A DNA stretch of 64,000 bases from Rhina ancylostomus. Its lineage: Eukaryota. A model generated the notes under the pieces. It was not told where the DNA came from. It ran no database searches and was given only the letters and a program-made list of their open reading frames with translations. Below, piece by piece: positions 36,617 through 50,811 of the stretch. The stretch lies in NCBI GenBank assembly GCA_030265395.1, contig JARFYF010000054.1, forward strand, positions 15,157,360 to 15,221,359, written 5' to 3'. Positions within the stretch are counted from its first letter, which is position 1. The number at the start of each line of letters is the position of its first letter. The position numbers were made by a program, and so were the translations under genes.

Positions 36617-39600
36617 ATATATTCCAGAATCTTCATTTTCTCTTTCAAACCAAACCACAATGATGCTGCTTTTTGGACTAATCTTTGCTGTATGTCACAT
36701 GTACTGTAAATAAGGTAGAGCTAATAGCTATACCAACTGAATTCCCTCTGGCTTCTTCAAGCTAACAGATGGCAGCAACCTTTATCCCATGAACAATTGT
36801 TGCATTCATACATCAGGCCCAGGAATGAAATGATGGGATTCTCATCATTTAGACATCAACCCTGTTTAGTGTCAGAAATGATACTTTACAGTAGACAGCA
36901 AGACCACAGCTTCACATCAAAAGAATCACATACATGTGTGTAAGTGTGAAGAAAACACACAAGATCCAATTACAACCCTCCACCCAACACAAACTGATAG
37001 AAGAAACTATCCATAACCAGACTCTTAACTCGTTAAACTAATATCACTTAGTGGCTCTTTTGACAGATGGCTGCACAATGAGCCAGCTCAGCTGTCAGGT
37101 TTCAGCCAGGTGAGATATTTCACCCAATAACCAGGCTGTAAAAGGACTTCACTTGATCACTGTCACTGTGGAGACTCCAGCTCATTACCGCAGATGTACA
37201 AAATGAATAAGGCTCAGACTGCACTAACTGAAATTCTTTTTTAAAAAAATATCTATGCTGGATAAGGCAATTTTTCCCCAAATCAGAAATTTACTGGGAA
37301 TATATTTGACTGTAGTGGAGGAGGAACTGCTTTATATTTATTTAAAATATTTGAACATTCTTTTACCATACAGAAATGGTTACTGCAATTAATTCCAGCA
37401 TCAAGGCCAAGCGTTCAACTTGATCTTGATTAGTGGAATAACATGATGTAATGTGACGTAATCAAACCTACAGAGGAGCCATTACCCCCTCACATACAAG
37501 AGGTTTCAAGCATTCCCAGAACTTATTTTGAAGCAATGATTTTATCAACCTCATGAAACAGGTTTAGACTTCCTTTCACCTTTGTCAAGTCACTTCCATC
37601 TATTTTTAGCCCATCAATTATGTTAAAACATTTTTTATATGTGTGCTATATACAGTATGTGTGTATTGAAATGGTTTATAAAGAATGAATTCCTTGGCAT
37701 ATTTCCTGCAGTCAAGGTGGTATTTTATTGCATGTTTCCTTACGGATATTACACACAGCAAATCTTCTCCAACAGGCCTTAATTCCAACTTCAGAGAAAA
37801 GTGTGGTACACTGACACTTTTATATCCCACACCAATTACATTTATTGCCTTTCTGAGTAAATCAGTCAAGTTAGTATCTCGCCGTGGAAAAGAAATCAGT
37901 GCTCTGGACCTACACCAAATATGCAATGAATCAAGGCTTCCCACCTCATTTTCATTCAGGATCCCTACAGCCGGCAGAATGAAAAACTTTATCTTATTCA
38001 TCAGGATTGGATTTAAATATTAATCTCAGAATGAAGAGTGCTCAAAACCACTGCCTTTAACTCTCTAATGTTCACTATTTTCAACATCAATTCACATGCA
38101 CCCTGAAATGCTTTAAACACACTTGCACACTATGCTCACACATACACCTGATTTCCTGTGGTGCTGCATACAGAAATCCAACCCAGAAGTTGGCATTATT
38201 TTGTTTAAACAGAGAACAATTGAGATCCTATTTTCAATATCATTTTTTCTGATTATTGTAATACTAATTTTCAAGCATTTATGGTTAGATTACAAATCCA
38301 CAGCAATTTGAAAACAGACGAAAGCTGGCTGGTGTGCAAGAATTTCCCAGCAGGGATATCAGTCCTTGTAAGACCAAACCCCTAGAGCACCGCTTTAGCA
38401 ACAGATATAGTCAAAGCATCACCAGGGTCTGCTATTTCCATTGTAAATGTGGGCAGGAAAACTTATTATAGGAAAGCTATACTGGCAGCAAAATGTAATA
38501 AGAAATAATTTTGTAGACAACCAAAGATTTTAATTTATTTTAGATTTTTCTTTCTTTCTTTACATGAAATCCATCGTAAGAAAATTAGCTGTTAGGAATA
38601 TAAAGCTTAATTTTTTTTATATTTAATGTGTGTGTGTACTTAGTGAACATCTAAAGAGACCTTATGCATGAAGAATCAACATACAGTTTTCCAAAAATAT
38701 CCTATTTAACTGTATGGGCTACTGACATCTCTATTCTTCGATAACTATTGTATTTAAAACCTTCAAACACTAAAACAAAGGAAAAGTCAGGATCATAAAC
38801 AGAACATTTGATAGCAAGAGGGTGGAATGATCCTTCCAACTCCAGATGGTTATACAAAAATCTCTCATCCAAAGGAAAGTGTATAACTATGGGAAACCAG
38901 TGGGCAAGAATCTTGAATTGTTTCATCTCATGTTATGACAATTAAAGAACAATTTACAACTCACAGGCAACGAGTGGTCTGTTAAATCTCACCTTGCAGA
39001 TTTAGCCAGGGCAAATTTTTCACCTCGGTCTTTAGTGGTCCAAGCCATGATGTTAACAATAAAAATATAATGGCACAGCATAGGCTAGGTAGCTGCTCAG
39101 GAAATGATTGTGTGCTTATATTGTGCAAAAATGGGAGTAAAGCATAGGACGTGCAAACAACAGAATTATGTGCGTTTCAAAGAGTAGACTTAGTCAGTTG
39201 ATTTGCAGCTGAAGGAGGCGTTGAGCTAGTCAGTCATCTCAAGGTATGTTCTGCCCAATCTATCTGATGATAGATCAGACCGAGCACTATCAGGTAAGTT
39301 AGGTATTTGTAATAGCAGAATAGTTTATGTGATTTGTAACACAGGTAAGCGTATTCAGAGTATTTGTAGGTGGCAGAACACTCAATCCGAATAAAGTTAT
39401 TTGGTGGTGGGATCTTAGTCATCTGTCCTGTTATACATTGCAAAGTCAAACTTATATATAAAAAAAAGACAATAGATTTGGAGCAAGTCTCTTTTTATAA
39501 AACATGAACTATTGCTCTCAGAGTCATGAGAAACCAATAAAACAGCTTAAGTCTTGGAGCAAGTGCTACACTGGTCAAGATCAAATACATATTCATCTGC

Positions 39601-39832
39601 TCTCCATTACAAATACAGACCCAAATAGCAGTTACATCTCCACGTTCATAAATCCATTTAGATTGGTGCGTGCTGANNNNNNNNNNNNNNNNNNNNNNNN
39701 NNNNNNNNNNNNNNNNNNNNNNNNNNNNNNNNNNNNNNNNNNNNNNNNNNNNNNNNNNNNNNNNNNNNNNNNNNNNNNNNNTAATTTAAATGGGTTTTGC
39801 AGCAAAATAAAGAACAATCACCATGTACTAAC

Positions 39833-39985
39833 CTTCACAAGTCCTGGATATTCATTAGAAGGAAGTCCATAGAAATGATGTTGAGATGCACTGCTGAAGA
39901 TCCTAAGAAAACAGGGAAACCCCTTGGAAATTCCATACGTTCCTGGGACTTTCTCCTTCCAGTAACAAACAATAATCCTCAGGGT
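39833..39985 (-). CDS. PIPOX: PIPOX exon 5 (153 bp)
   Basis: [51 protein letters not shown]; AG/GT bounded, phase 0-0. Confidence 0.95.
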
Positions 39986-40856
39986 CTAGCAAGATTTTAA
40001 ACAGGATAAAATCTGACGATAAATTCTCCTATGAAACACATGATTTTGCAGCATATTCATGGGCAACATTTCACAAGTGATCAAACAAGAATGCAGGATA
40101 ATATAGAAGCCAGTGAGTAATAAGGGTCCCTCAGACAAGTCAAAAGCATTCTATAATGTGACAGCACCACCAGATTTGTTACACAACATATTGAAAGCTC
40201 AATTACAGGCAATGCTGGTGAGTAATTATGAAGCATTGAAATTTACCTGGTTGGAATGGCCAAACTGAAACAATCTCCCTGAAAATTACAGTGCTTTGGG
40301 TAAAGTGAAATACTACAAGGCGTCACTGAAATGAAACCAAGGTAAATGGTTACAACCAGATGGTGTCTTGTTCTTCTGCAAATGCAGTATCCCTGTCTTA
40401 AAGCTAGTGCCCATAGATCCCCACTGGTACTGCTACAACTTCTCTGTCAAGGAGAAGGGTGAAACATTCCATGCTCAAGCATTTTTTAAAAAAACAGTAA
40501 TTGCGATTCAAGCTCTGGCTGGTTACTTGTAGATGCACTTCTCATGGTCTCAACATATGACAAGGACTGGTGGTCAGTGGCTCAGAAGCTCCATCCCATC
40601 TCGTCCTCCTTCTCCCCTCCCTAAAAGTCTTCCATTTTTGGACTGTGGCAAATTGGAACATTAGGCACAGTAAATGTGTAGCTTCATGGTAAATACCTAT
40701 GGCTTGCACATTGTTAGGTCTCCAGGGAATTTTTATATATAAATTATGATGTGGTGAGGTCCTGATAATAACATAGAAAATTAGAGCAGGATTAGGCCCT
40801 AGNNNNNNNNNNNNNNNNNNNNNNNNNNNNNNNNNNNNNNNNNNNNNNNNNNNNNN

Positions 40857-41310
40857 TACCATCTCCATAACCCTTGATTCCTCTTGTCTCCAAAAGTCTA
40901 TTGATCTTTCTTTTGAATGCAATGATTAAGCCTGCACTGCTCTCTAGGATACAGAATTCCAAAGATTCATCACCCTTTAAGTGAAGAAATGTCACTCCAT
41001 TTCAGTACTAAGTGACATACCCCTCATTTTAAGATGCGACCCCCTAGATGTAGCTTCCTTTGCTAGGCAAAACATTCCTCCAGATGTCCCCTGTTGAGTT
41101 TCCTCAGAATTTTGCATGTTTCAGAGGTTTGCTTTTATTTTTCTAAGTTCTAAAACAAAAATACTAGCCTTAATCTCTTCTTATACGATAGATTTGCCAT
41201 AGTCTGGCGAATCTTCACAGTATTCCCCTCTGGAGTATTTCCTTTTCTCAGCAAGGAGACCACAGTTTTACACAATGTTTTTGTCACGGTCTCACCAACA
41301 CCCTATATAA
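40857..41310 (-). mobile_element. Old CR1 LINE 3' fragment
   Basis: agaattccaaagattcatcaccctttaagtgaagaaat is the reverse complement of the FFTQRVVNLWNS-type motif. Confidence 0.7.
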
Positions 41311-41463
41311 TTATAATGTTAAGTGTTGCACCATGAGCCCTTTTCCCTTAGTTACAGGTCACACATTTCTCCCACCCAAACAGGTTGAGCACCAGCATCC
41401 AGCTAACATTGCTTTTAAGTGGTAAACATACAGGAGAACATCCTTGAAGGAATATCAAGACAC

Positions 41464-41501
41464 TTGCCCTGATGCAGGGTTTCGACCCGAAACGTTGACA
41501 A
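41464..41501 (+). ncRNA. Minimal hammerhead ribozyme-like motif (CUGAUGC variant)
   Basis: ttgcc-CTGATGC-A-GGGT[TTCG]ACCC-GAAA-CGTT-gacaa: stem I 4 of 5 pairs, stem II capped by UUCG, palindromic AACGTT in place of stem III. Confidence 0.55.
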
Positions 41502-41716
41502 CTCCTCTCACCCCCACAGATGCCGCTTGACCCATTGAGTTCATCCAGCAGTTTGTTTGTTGNNNNNNNNNNNNNNNNNNNNNNNNNNNNNNNNNNNNNN
41601 NNNNNNNNNNNNNNNNNNNNNNNNNNNNNNNNNNNNNNNNNNNNNNNNNNNNNNNNNNNNNNCCCCACAGATGCCGCTTGACCCATTGAGTTCATCCAGC
41701 AGTTTGTTTGTTGGTG
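41464..41716 (+). mobile_element. Short Penelope-derived insertion starting at a hammerhead motif
   Basis: Family 3' end, duplicated across a 100-N gap. Possible 7-bp TSD aagacac at 41457-41463 and 41717-41723. Confidence 0.7.
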
Positions 41717-42207
41717 AAGACACCAGTGGCAAGTTACAGAAACAGTGCAACCATTTTCATCTTCGGACCAGAAATGATACTGGTGCACTGTCTGAGTGAA
41801 TGAAGAAGAATGGAGACCCAAGAGGAGAGGACTGTGTCCATAACAACCAGAAAAACAAAACCAAATCAGGCTGCTGGTTATTGTTAGACTGGGAGGAACA
41901 GTGCTCCTATGGCAAAAGTGAAAGGAGAAAATCACTGCAGTGTTGACACCACACACTCTCTCTCGCTGCCAAAATTATTAACATTTTTTAAAAACATCTT
42001 TATCATGATATGTTTTCATTTTGGAACAAGTGAAGTAATTATGTAATAGCCCAATGTTACAATATTCATAAACACCAGAGGTATTTTCATTTTGGCCCAT
42101 CATTGCCCAGGTCAACCAGAAAGAGCCACAATGTGCTGAGGAATGCCTGTGGAGGATGACTCAGCCTCTCCTCCTAGTGTAATGCTATTTCTACTTGAAG
42201 ATTAAAT

Positions 42208-42480
42208 GAGAACATAAGAAATAGGAGCAGGAGGAGGCCAACTGGCCCATTGAGCCAGCTCTGCCATTCAATAAGATCACAGCTGATCTGGCCGTGGACT
42301 CAGCTCTACCTACCTGCCTTTTCCCCATAACCCTTAATTCCCCTACTATGCAAAANNNNNNNNNNGTCTTAAATATATTTAATGAGGTAGCCTCCACTGC
42401 TTCCCTGGCCGGAGAACTCCACAGATTTACTACTCTCTGGGAAAAGCAGTTCCTCCTCATCCCTGTGCTAAATCTACTCA
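42208..42480 (-). mobile_element. CR1 LINE 3' end
   Basis: MRRNCFSQRVVNLWSSPAREAVEATSLNIFK; gaacataagaaataggagcagg tail. Confidence 0.88.
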
Positions 42481-42494
42481 TAACATGTTTTACA

Positions 42495-42670
42495 ATAAAA
42501 ACAGAAAATGCTGGAAACACTCAGCAGATCAGGCAGTATCTGTAGTAACAGAAACAGTGTTACCATTTCAGGTCAAAGATCCTTCAAAAGAACTAGGAAA
42601 GGAAGTACACAGGTTGGTTTTAAGTTGCAGAGTGTGGAAGGAATGGATTAGACAAGGGGAATATCACTGA
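42495..42670 (-). mobile_element. Penelope-derived terminal fragment
   Basis: aaacagaaaatgctggaaacactcagcagatcaggcagtatctgt family motif. Confidence 0.65.
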
Positions 42671-42691
42671 GAGGATGATCACAATGTTCAA

Positions 42692-43354
42692 AAATGAATG
42701 TAAAGCACTTTCCCTCTTAATCTCAGTAGAAGATTTCTGCATGAAGATGGTAGATGTCTCAGGGAGAGATTTTAGAATGTGGTGGTACATATTTTCCAAC
42801 AACAAATCCTGTCCATACAGGTTGCTGTGCTAATAAGCTGCTGGTGAAACCAACTGGTTGATAGAGTGGTTAGAGAAAGAGAACATAAACAACGAGGTAC
42901 TTAAAAATTGTGAAATGCAGAGCTGTAGCAGGTGCCTCTCAAATAAACGAAGAGCCAATTAAAGTTTTGCTTGCCACTCAGATGGCATGGGTGGTCTTTC
43001 TACATGATTAATGGTTGAAGTATCAACTGTGTTTTGTTCTGTCACTCTTTTCTCTTCCAACGCTCACTCTTAATGCATCCAGTGATCACACAAAGAAGGT
43101 TAACCTACTAAATAATGCTTTTGTTATAACTTAAGGGGGAGGAGGGAAGAAAAAAAAAGAAATCAGTATTAATATTGTGATTATAGTTAATTTTCTCCTG
43201 GGGTATTGTGCATGCCTTTATATTTTCCTGTATAGACAGGATTTGTTGTTGGAAAATATGCATCACTACATTCTAAAATCTCTCCCCGAGACACCTGCCA
43301 TCTCCTTGCAGAAACCTGCTGAGATTGAGAAGGAAAGTGTTTGTACATTCATTT
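42692..43354. repeat. Long imperfect inverted repeat (arms 42692-42821 and 43227-43354)
   Basis: Arms are reverse complements differing mostly by transitions; visible as paired ORFs LLENMYHHILKSLPET and LLENMHHYILKSLPET. Confidence 0.9.
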
Positions 43355-44589
43355 GTGATTTATAGTGTGACACATTTCCAAACTTTGCCCAAGGTGGTAG
43401 AAGAGGCTGAAGTATCTGTTTTTATTTAATAGTTTGCTTTTGAAGAGCCATGAGAAGAGCTTTTACATTTATTTGGTATCTTTGAGGATACAAATGAGAC
43501 AAGTTATATCGAGATTTAAGTTGCTTCACCAAGAAATGATGGAACTCATCTCAACTGTGGATCCGAAATGTGTTTCCCATGCTGAGACAGGCAAACTAAA
43601 GTCCTGGTTTTGCCTGAGCCACAGGGTATTCTATAGCTGCTACTCCAGAACAGTTTAAAGAGATGTATGTGGCAACACTCCCTTCTTCTCCATCTGGAAA
43701 AGCACCTGTTTTCTGCACTGCAGCTTATCTAATGATGCCTCTCAAATCAAGACTTTATCATTATTAGGGAAACAAATGGGTGTTCCTATGCTTCATTACA
43801 TAGCATAGCACACCACTATATTAACTTACACTGCCAGAAGGCTGTTATTATTTAACACTCAAAGCCCACAAAAGTGGAAATATGAAAATCATTTTGCCTT
43901 TGTCCCAAGCTTTTAATGGGCTTAGCCAACTTCTGATGCATAGAGGCACACAAAGTGTGGGTGGGATGTGTGCGCCAGTGTACAGCGAACACTGGATCAC
44001 CTACAGTTGCCAGTAATTGAAAGGTGCATCCATCAATAGTCTCAGCCAAAGACCAAACATACGTAAGCAACAGCTGCAAGGCCTCACTACTTGAGTGGGC
44101 GAGTGATTGGAGATCTTATTGTTGCATTCCTCTTTCTCAACAGCCACACTATGCTATTCTTACTAATGGGAAGGATGTAGTTTGCATACTGGGAAAGTTG
44201 ATCTCAAATTAAGCAGCAAATAGACAGTGGGAAATGTATTCATTTACAGTTTTAAACTAACACTGAGAAGAAAACAGAACACCAGGAAATCTTTAGTGAT
44301 CTTACAGAGGTGTTCAGACGCCACCGTGAACTCTAAATGTGAAACTCAGACATTAATTATCACCCAAATCCCAAGTTAAGAAAATGGTCTTACAATCACT
44401 GCCTTCTTTATTTTGCATACCCTGTGTCTCAGCTTGTAGCCTCTGTGTCAGAAGAGGAGGGTTCAAATGGGGTTATAACAGGAGTTAAAGAATTACCTGA
44501 AAGATAATATTTTACACATAAAAGGAACTGTAGGGATTTGTTTTGACATATTTAAATTATTTATCTTTTCACACATTCCTGTTATCCAT

Positions 44590-44915
44590 TAACTAGTGTA
44601 GTATTGAGGGAGTAGTAGAGCCACATTGTCCAAGATAGGATCAGTTAAAGGATAAAGCACAACTTCATCTGTTCTCTCTGATGGATGGAGAAGACCCCAT
44701 GGTATGATTTTGAAGAGCAGAATATTATTTCTCTCTCAATCAAAATCATCAGAACTACTTATCTGTTATAATACTGTTTGTGGAGCTCTCTGTGTGCAAA
44801 TTGGCAGCTGCACTTCCTAAATCAAAACACTGATGATATACCACTTAGTTGATTGGCTGTAAAGAGCGATGGAATACTTGGAGGTTGTGAAAGATGATAA
44901 AGAAGTACAGGTCTC
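44590..44915 (+). mobile_element. Deu-SINE
   Basis: ggatggagaagaccccatggtatgattttgaagagcag...ctgtttgtggagctctctgtgtgcaaattggcagctgc...attggctgtaaagagc...gaggttgtgaaag. Confidence 0.65.
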
Positions 44916-45341
44916 TTGTCATTCCACTACACTTAGTCAAAATGCATTTATTTGAGGTTACTTATTTATTCAAGGACATAGGATGGATTTCCTTAAAATT
45001 GCCTCAATCAAAAAATGCAGGATTTTAATACTTAAGGAATTTGTTGGGATCAGTAATGGTGGTGCGACGTGGCCAGGACTATGTTAACAGCTAATGGGAA
45101 GGACATCAATAGCGCGCATTAATGATTACAAAGCAGTTATTGCTAAGTTTATTCAGTGATAAATCCCCATTGATCACCAGTATAACACTGTCGAGGCATA
45201 TTAAGTCCAAGCAAAATTTCTGGAGTGCTCCATGGTAATGTAGCTTTGATTGCACCAGTGTACTTGGAGGTAATTTTAGATTGAACAACATAAAAGGATG
45301 ATGTTAGCTCAGATTGAATTTAAGCGAGATCTAGCAAATAC

Positions 45342-45524
45342 CTTCAAAGGAAGCTGTAGTCCCACAAGGTTCAATAGTTTATTTGTCCAAGGTCCAGCAG
45401 TAATCACCAGACTTTTTGCTCTGTAAATTCCTGTGGTGGTTGTCACGGCAACCAGACTTCCAGGCTGTATTTCAACAACTTTTTCACCATCACGAATGGT
45501 TCCTCCAAACCTCCGGAACAAATC
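45342..45524 (-). CDS. PIPOX: PIPOX exon 4 (183 bp)
   Basis: DLFRRFGGTIRDGEKVVEIQPGSLVAVTTTTGIYRAKSLVITAGPWTNKLLNLVGLQLPLK; TAGPW motif; AG/GT bounded. Confidence 0.96.
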
Positions 45525-46641
45525 CTGCAAAAGATTCAATTCTGTCTTGTGAAATCATGGAGAACACGTCATTATTTCTAATAACTATTTCTCCACCATC
45601 CAGAAAATATATTTATAATATTAATGGAATTGAAGAAGTTTTTACTCTATTTAAATTACTACTTTTTTCCCCTCATATTCCAGATATCTGTTAACCAATT
45701 CCCTGTTTTTTTTAATCTCTGCAATCCATTATCCTACTAAAGTGGAATTAATTAATAATATCCTATACATTCATACATTTCACATATCTAAATCACATCA
45801 TGAAACTCTGCTATAACACGGAAAGATTTGTATGAGAAATTGATATCTGATATTTAAAGACATTGCATAATTTAATCCTAAATCTAGCATCATATATATA
45901 AAAATCTAGGCTCCAACATTTTGAAGTATTAAATTGAAGTATTATACAAGTTCACTGTTCTACAATGAAATAGGTAGGCAGATCAAAGCATCCCATTTCA
46001 AACTGCTCATGTCTGCTTTGCCTGCAGGTGGCACTGTGAGGGGTGTTTGTCAATACTTTGTGGCAGCACATGTCAGTAACATTCCAGCTGTGAGCAGACT
46101 TAAAAGCTGCAACTTTACATATTGGGACCTGTACAATAATGGATCATTTTTGGCCTCTACAATTCATATGGCCTACACAGAAAGAACAGAATTAAACTAA
46201 TGGCAACACACTCAATAATCAGCTCTGTGATCTCTGGAAGTTTTAAGCACTTAGCCTCACTACATCATTCTACCACTTACCCTCCCCACCTCTCTCTCTC
46301 TCTCCCCCTTCAATCACAGAGATGATTTTATTGAAGTCTTCCCCTCACCCTTTAACCCAGAGGGTGGTTGGAATCTGCCTGAGTATTTGGTGGAGGCAGA
46401 ACCTCTCACACCATTTAAGAAGTCTTTCTTCTCCCTCCTTCTCTAAGATAGCTCACGTGCTTTCTGCTAGCACCCTGCATATCCTCATCTGCTTTGGCCC
46501 ACGTATACTTGTAGCTTCCAGACTTTGAAGTCTGCCCTTGGCCTGGACTCTGTGGGCAATGCCACAGGAGATAAACTCATTTCTTTTCATTATAGAGCTT
46601 CACCCCACTCGCACCATATTATGAGAGCTGGTGTCTTTTAA

Positions 46642-46808
46642 CAACAAACAATCTGTTGGAGGAACTCAGTGAGTCGAACAGGGAAAGAATTGTCAACATA
46701 GAGTCAAAACCCTGCATCAGTCCTCGACAAATGCTGCTCTACCTGCTGAGTTCCTCCAGCAGATTGTTTGTTTCTCCACATTCCAGCATCTGCAGTCTCT
46801 TGTGTCTC
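46642..46808. mobile_element. Miniature Penelope-derived fold-back element with 14-bp TSD
   Basis: aacaaacaatctgttggaggaactcag and ctgagttcctccagcagattgtttgtt are inverted arms. TSD at 46628-46641 and 46809-46822. Confidence 0.78.
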
Positions 46809-49800
46809 CTGGCATCTTTTAAATCTAGTTCTAAGCACAATCAGAAGCAACATTAAGGATGCTTAATGCAGGCACTTTAACTGTGTTTGGCATTACTGCC
46901 ATGCTTCATTTTCTTTTACATATATATATATTCCACACTGAATTCACAGCATGAACATTAATTACTCCTCTGCTTGGACTCTGCAGACTTGTAAACTTTA
47001 TTATGAGGCTAATGTATTTTTATCTGAGCTGATATTTACTTTACATAAAAACTAATTGCTTCAAATAGAACCATTTATCTTTTCACACATCAGGTGCAGG
47101 GAAATCAATATCAACAAATACATCTTGCCATCTTTTTGGACTTGGTAACAAATCTCGTTGATACAGGAGAACAGGTAGGAGACCAATAATCAGTTATCTA
47201 GCACTTGGGCACTGAAGAGCTATTACAGGCAGAAATCTGATAGTAGTTTGTTCACATCTACTTTTAGATTCAGGAATTACTGTCCCAGTAGGAGCTCCAG
47301 ACTGTGGAAGGAGAGAGTGCAGTATCTAACAAATTCCTTGATTTTTGTGTTGTTACTTGTGAACAGCTTAAACTGTAATCAGATGCAATGACGGGAACCT
47401 TGGCTGAGTAAAAGGTTAAAGAATTATACAGCTTATCTGTATACCATGCATTTGTTAATCTTTTGGTTACCTGTGGTAGGGACACATGCTTTTGTAATAT
47501 CAGAGAAGCTACAGAACTGAGAGGAGATTTAAATACCTGAGGACCTTTCTCTGCAGTAACCATAAGTGCTATCAGTTGCCTGTTTGCTGTTTAGGAAATT
47601 TGCAAACAACAGCCAGATAGAAGCTGCTTGGTCATGAAGTCGGAGGAATTGCTCACAAGATCAAAGGTCTGCAGGTAGAACATGATAGGGTATGGGGTGT
47701 GAATGTAACACTGAACAGAGGCTGGGGATTACAGCAGAAAGGAACTGAATTGCCATACGAATTGCACATTAAGAATGCAGTTTGGTAACCAATGAGGATT
47801 TAAATGAAGTTTAAATTAGTTTCTTCAGATACATCTGAGTGGACAGACTATGGTCAAAAGAATACAAGAATGGACAGAATTGGTGTCCTAGAGGAGTTCA
47901 GGAGCACAGATTCTGGTATAGAGCTTTGCCGAGAACCTGGTGCCACAGTTAACTATTTTCTTTGAGGAACTTAAGCTCAGTATAATGTCAAACTTGAGTC
48001 TGCAGTTGCAAGGTCAAAGTCAGCAAGTGCTCCCACGTTTGCAAGAGGAAGCCCTGAGGCAGTTCATACACTTACACCATTGTTTTCATTCAAAAATGAG
48101 ATATCAGACATTCAGAAAAACTGTAAAATTATTTTCAGTGCTGTCACAGAATCCATTTCTGTTTGAAATCCTGAAATCTATACTTTAAGGCTGAAATAGC
48201 TCTCGCATATATAATACCATTATTTTTAATTCAGGATTAACCCTGTGTCAGTTATTTCCCAGGAGATGAATTGAGCTCAAAAGATTTTTCTATAATTGTT
48301 TGAATAGAAATGTTTGATTAATCCGTTTCTAAGTACAGGCCATGTTGGACAATTAAAAGATTCTGACCCATTTGTCTATTTAGGGTAAAATGTAACAAGT
48401 AAAGTTCTTTAATGATTTGAATGAAGATGCATAAGTGTAAAGCTCCATTATGTTGAAGAACAGTTACAGCCTGCTATGCAAAGCTAGCAGCCTGGATTTT
48501 GTGGTGACAGAAGTGGTGAGACTATTCGTGTCCACTGTTTATAATTCAGAACATATGAACTGCTGGAGAATGTACCTTTATAGTCAGACACAGAAAACCA
48601 GAAGCTGATGCCAGTGATTCACTGGGTGTTCTGTTGCAGACTTTCCCAGTGTAATCAGCAGAAATTGGTACACAAATGAAAAATCCAACTACTCACAAAC
48701 CAACTTTGTTCTTAGTGTTGCAGCTCAATGAATGAGATACATGAGATCTTAAGGATACACCAAAACAAAATTAATGTGCTGAACAAACTCTTTACCCCTA
48801 AAATCTACATCTAGATTATTATTCCCTTGATTATTTCCAAATTGTGTGGTTTTTATAAACAAAAGTATTTTTATATGGAGGTTTCTATCTCTGTCAGTTT
48901 CATCTGCTGCAAATACTTTGCTCAATGTAAATTGGTCAAAATAATTGTGAGAATTATTCAGTGAGATTGGCTGAACATCTAGCTTGATGGTATCATTGTT
49001 GCTAATTACCAAAGATCTCCTAAAACAGATTCTGACAGAAACAACTTACAAGGGGAAATTCTCATCAGACTAATCACTTGGTCTTTGTGGATAACCTCAT
49101 TTGGAGTCAGCAGTGAACACTATCATTTCACTGCTAATTGCAAAATCCACGCCATCAATGTCTCAGGAGAGGAAGATGTAACAAAGATGTAGAATGAACA
49201 GGAAAATCCCAATTATTGAAATAACTGTTCCAGCCCTATAATCCAAAACAACTACTTAATGATGAACAAATCAAAAGATTGTACAGAAGTTAATCTCATA
49301 TTTTAAAAGGACACTATTCAATTTACCCTCCTGAGGAAATGTACATTCTCTGTTGAAAATAACATGGTTTTCCAATAGCAGTAAACCATTATTTTTTCTG
49401 CAAGTCTAAAGTCCAATAGGGAAAAAAAACATTAACCACCAAAAACAAAAGATCCAGTTGACACTTCTGTATCTGACAGGGGTAGTGGCCTGAATTTTAT
49501 AATGTCCCTAATAAATAGATGGTGATTTGAAGCATCTATTTTTAGCCTCCTTCTTTACTAACCATTATTTACTTCATTTTTCTTTCCTGACCTGCTGAGT
49601 ATTTCCAGCATTTCCCATTTGTATTTTACGTCACTCAAGTTTACAAAATCACAATCAGTTTATGCCCAGAAGAATTCAGAGTAGTATCTATTCAATCTTG
49701 CTTAACAGATAGTTAATGAACATACTCAATGAACTCATGGTATTAGGATAATCAAACAGCCCCATAAACCAGAGGCATCTCAAACAGAGAGAATATTCAG

Positions 49801-50811
49801 TCATTAGAACTGCTGAAATGATCTAGATGTAGATTTAACTATGAGGATGTGACTTGTATGCAACAAACTGTCAACGCAACATCAAGGGGTGCAATAGGAC
49901 CAATGGCATCAGCAAATTTACAAACTACTTTGGACTTAAATTTACTGAAATAATTGCTGCAGACATGTGGAAGCTGTAATATTATGAGATGGGTCCTGGG
50001 CAGACAGATCTCTCAGAAGGAATACAATGGTATGTTGTGGACTTGGGGATATTCCTGTCCTCTCTTCCCAATTCTAAACTCTGACAGAGCACAAGCTTTT
50101 GTTCTTACTTCTGTTTAATTTCAAAAATCTAAATTATCCAGATGTTTAAGGATTTTGTTGTTGCCCAGGGATTCTAGCAGATGGTTCTCCGTTATTCTTT
50201 ATCCCTTCCCGTCTAAGATGGCCATCGTTGCAAGGAAAGCTTTTCCAGGCCAAGAGTGTACAATTGTAGCTGTTAAAAAGTTCCAAGCAGAGAGAGGCTT
50301 TCAGAAGTACAATTTGGATTGACTGCCTTACAACCAATGTGGTTTCCAGTATAATTGCTTCCCAGAGACAAATTCTTGTTTTAAAATTTAGTTAATTTTT
50401 TTTTGAAAAGGAGGATTACTAGTTTAACAAGACAATTTTAATGANNNNNNNNNNNNNNNNNNNNNNNNNNNNNNNNNNNNNNNNNNNNNNNNNNNNNNNN
50501 NNNNNNNNNNNNNNNNNNNNNNNNNNNNNNNNNNNNNNNNNNNNGAGCCACAAAGAGTCAACAGTTAGATCTTGAACAGTTTATAGTGATGCCCACACCA
50601 GTCTTGATGTTATCATGACTTTTTGAGAGCCTGTTCCAAGAGTAAAAAGTATGCAAACCTTGAAATACAGATGACGATTCAAAAGGAAAGTTTTGATGAA
50701 GTGTACCAAAAACTTAACCATGGATAATTGTTTGATAAACTCTGTGGGCATCCAACATTATAATGCACACAAAATATTCGTCAACTTCTTCACATTTCAG
50801 TTGTTATTCAT

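Noticed and set aside
36506-36713. Poly-QR / poly-RD / poly-CL ORFs
   Set aside because: Translations of the (CAGAGA)n microsatellite.
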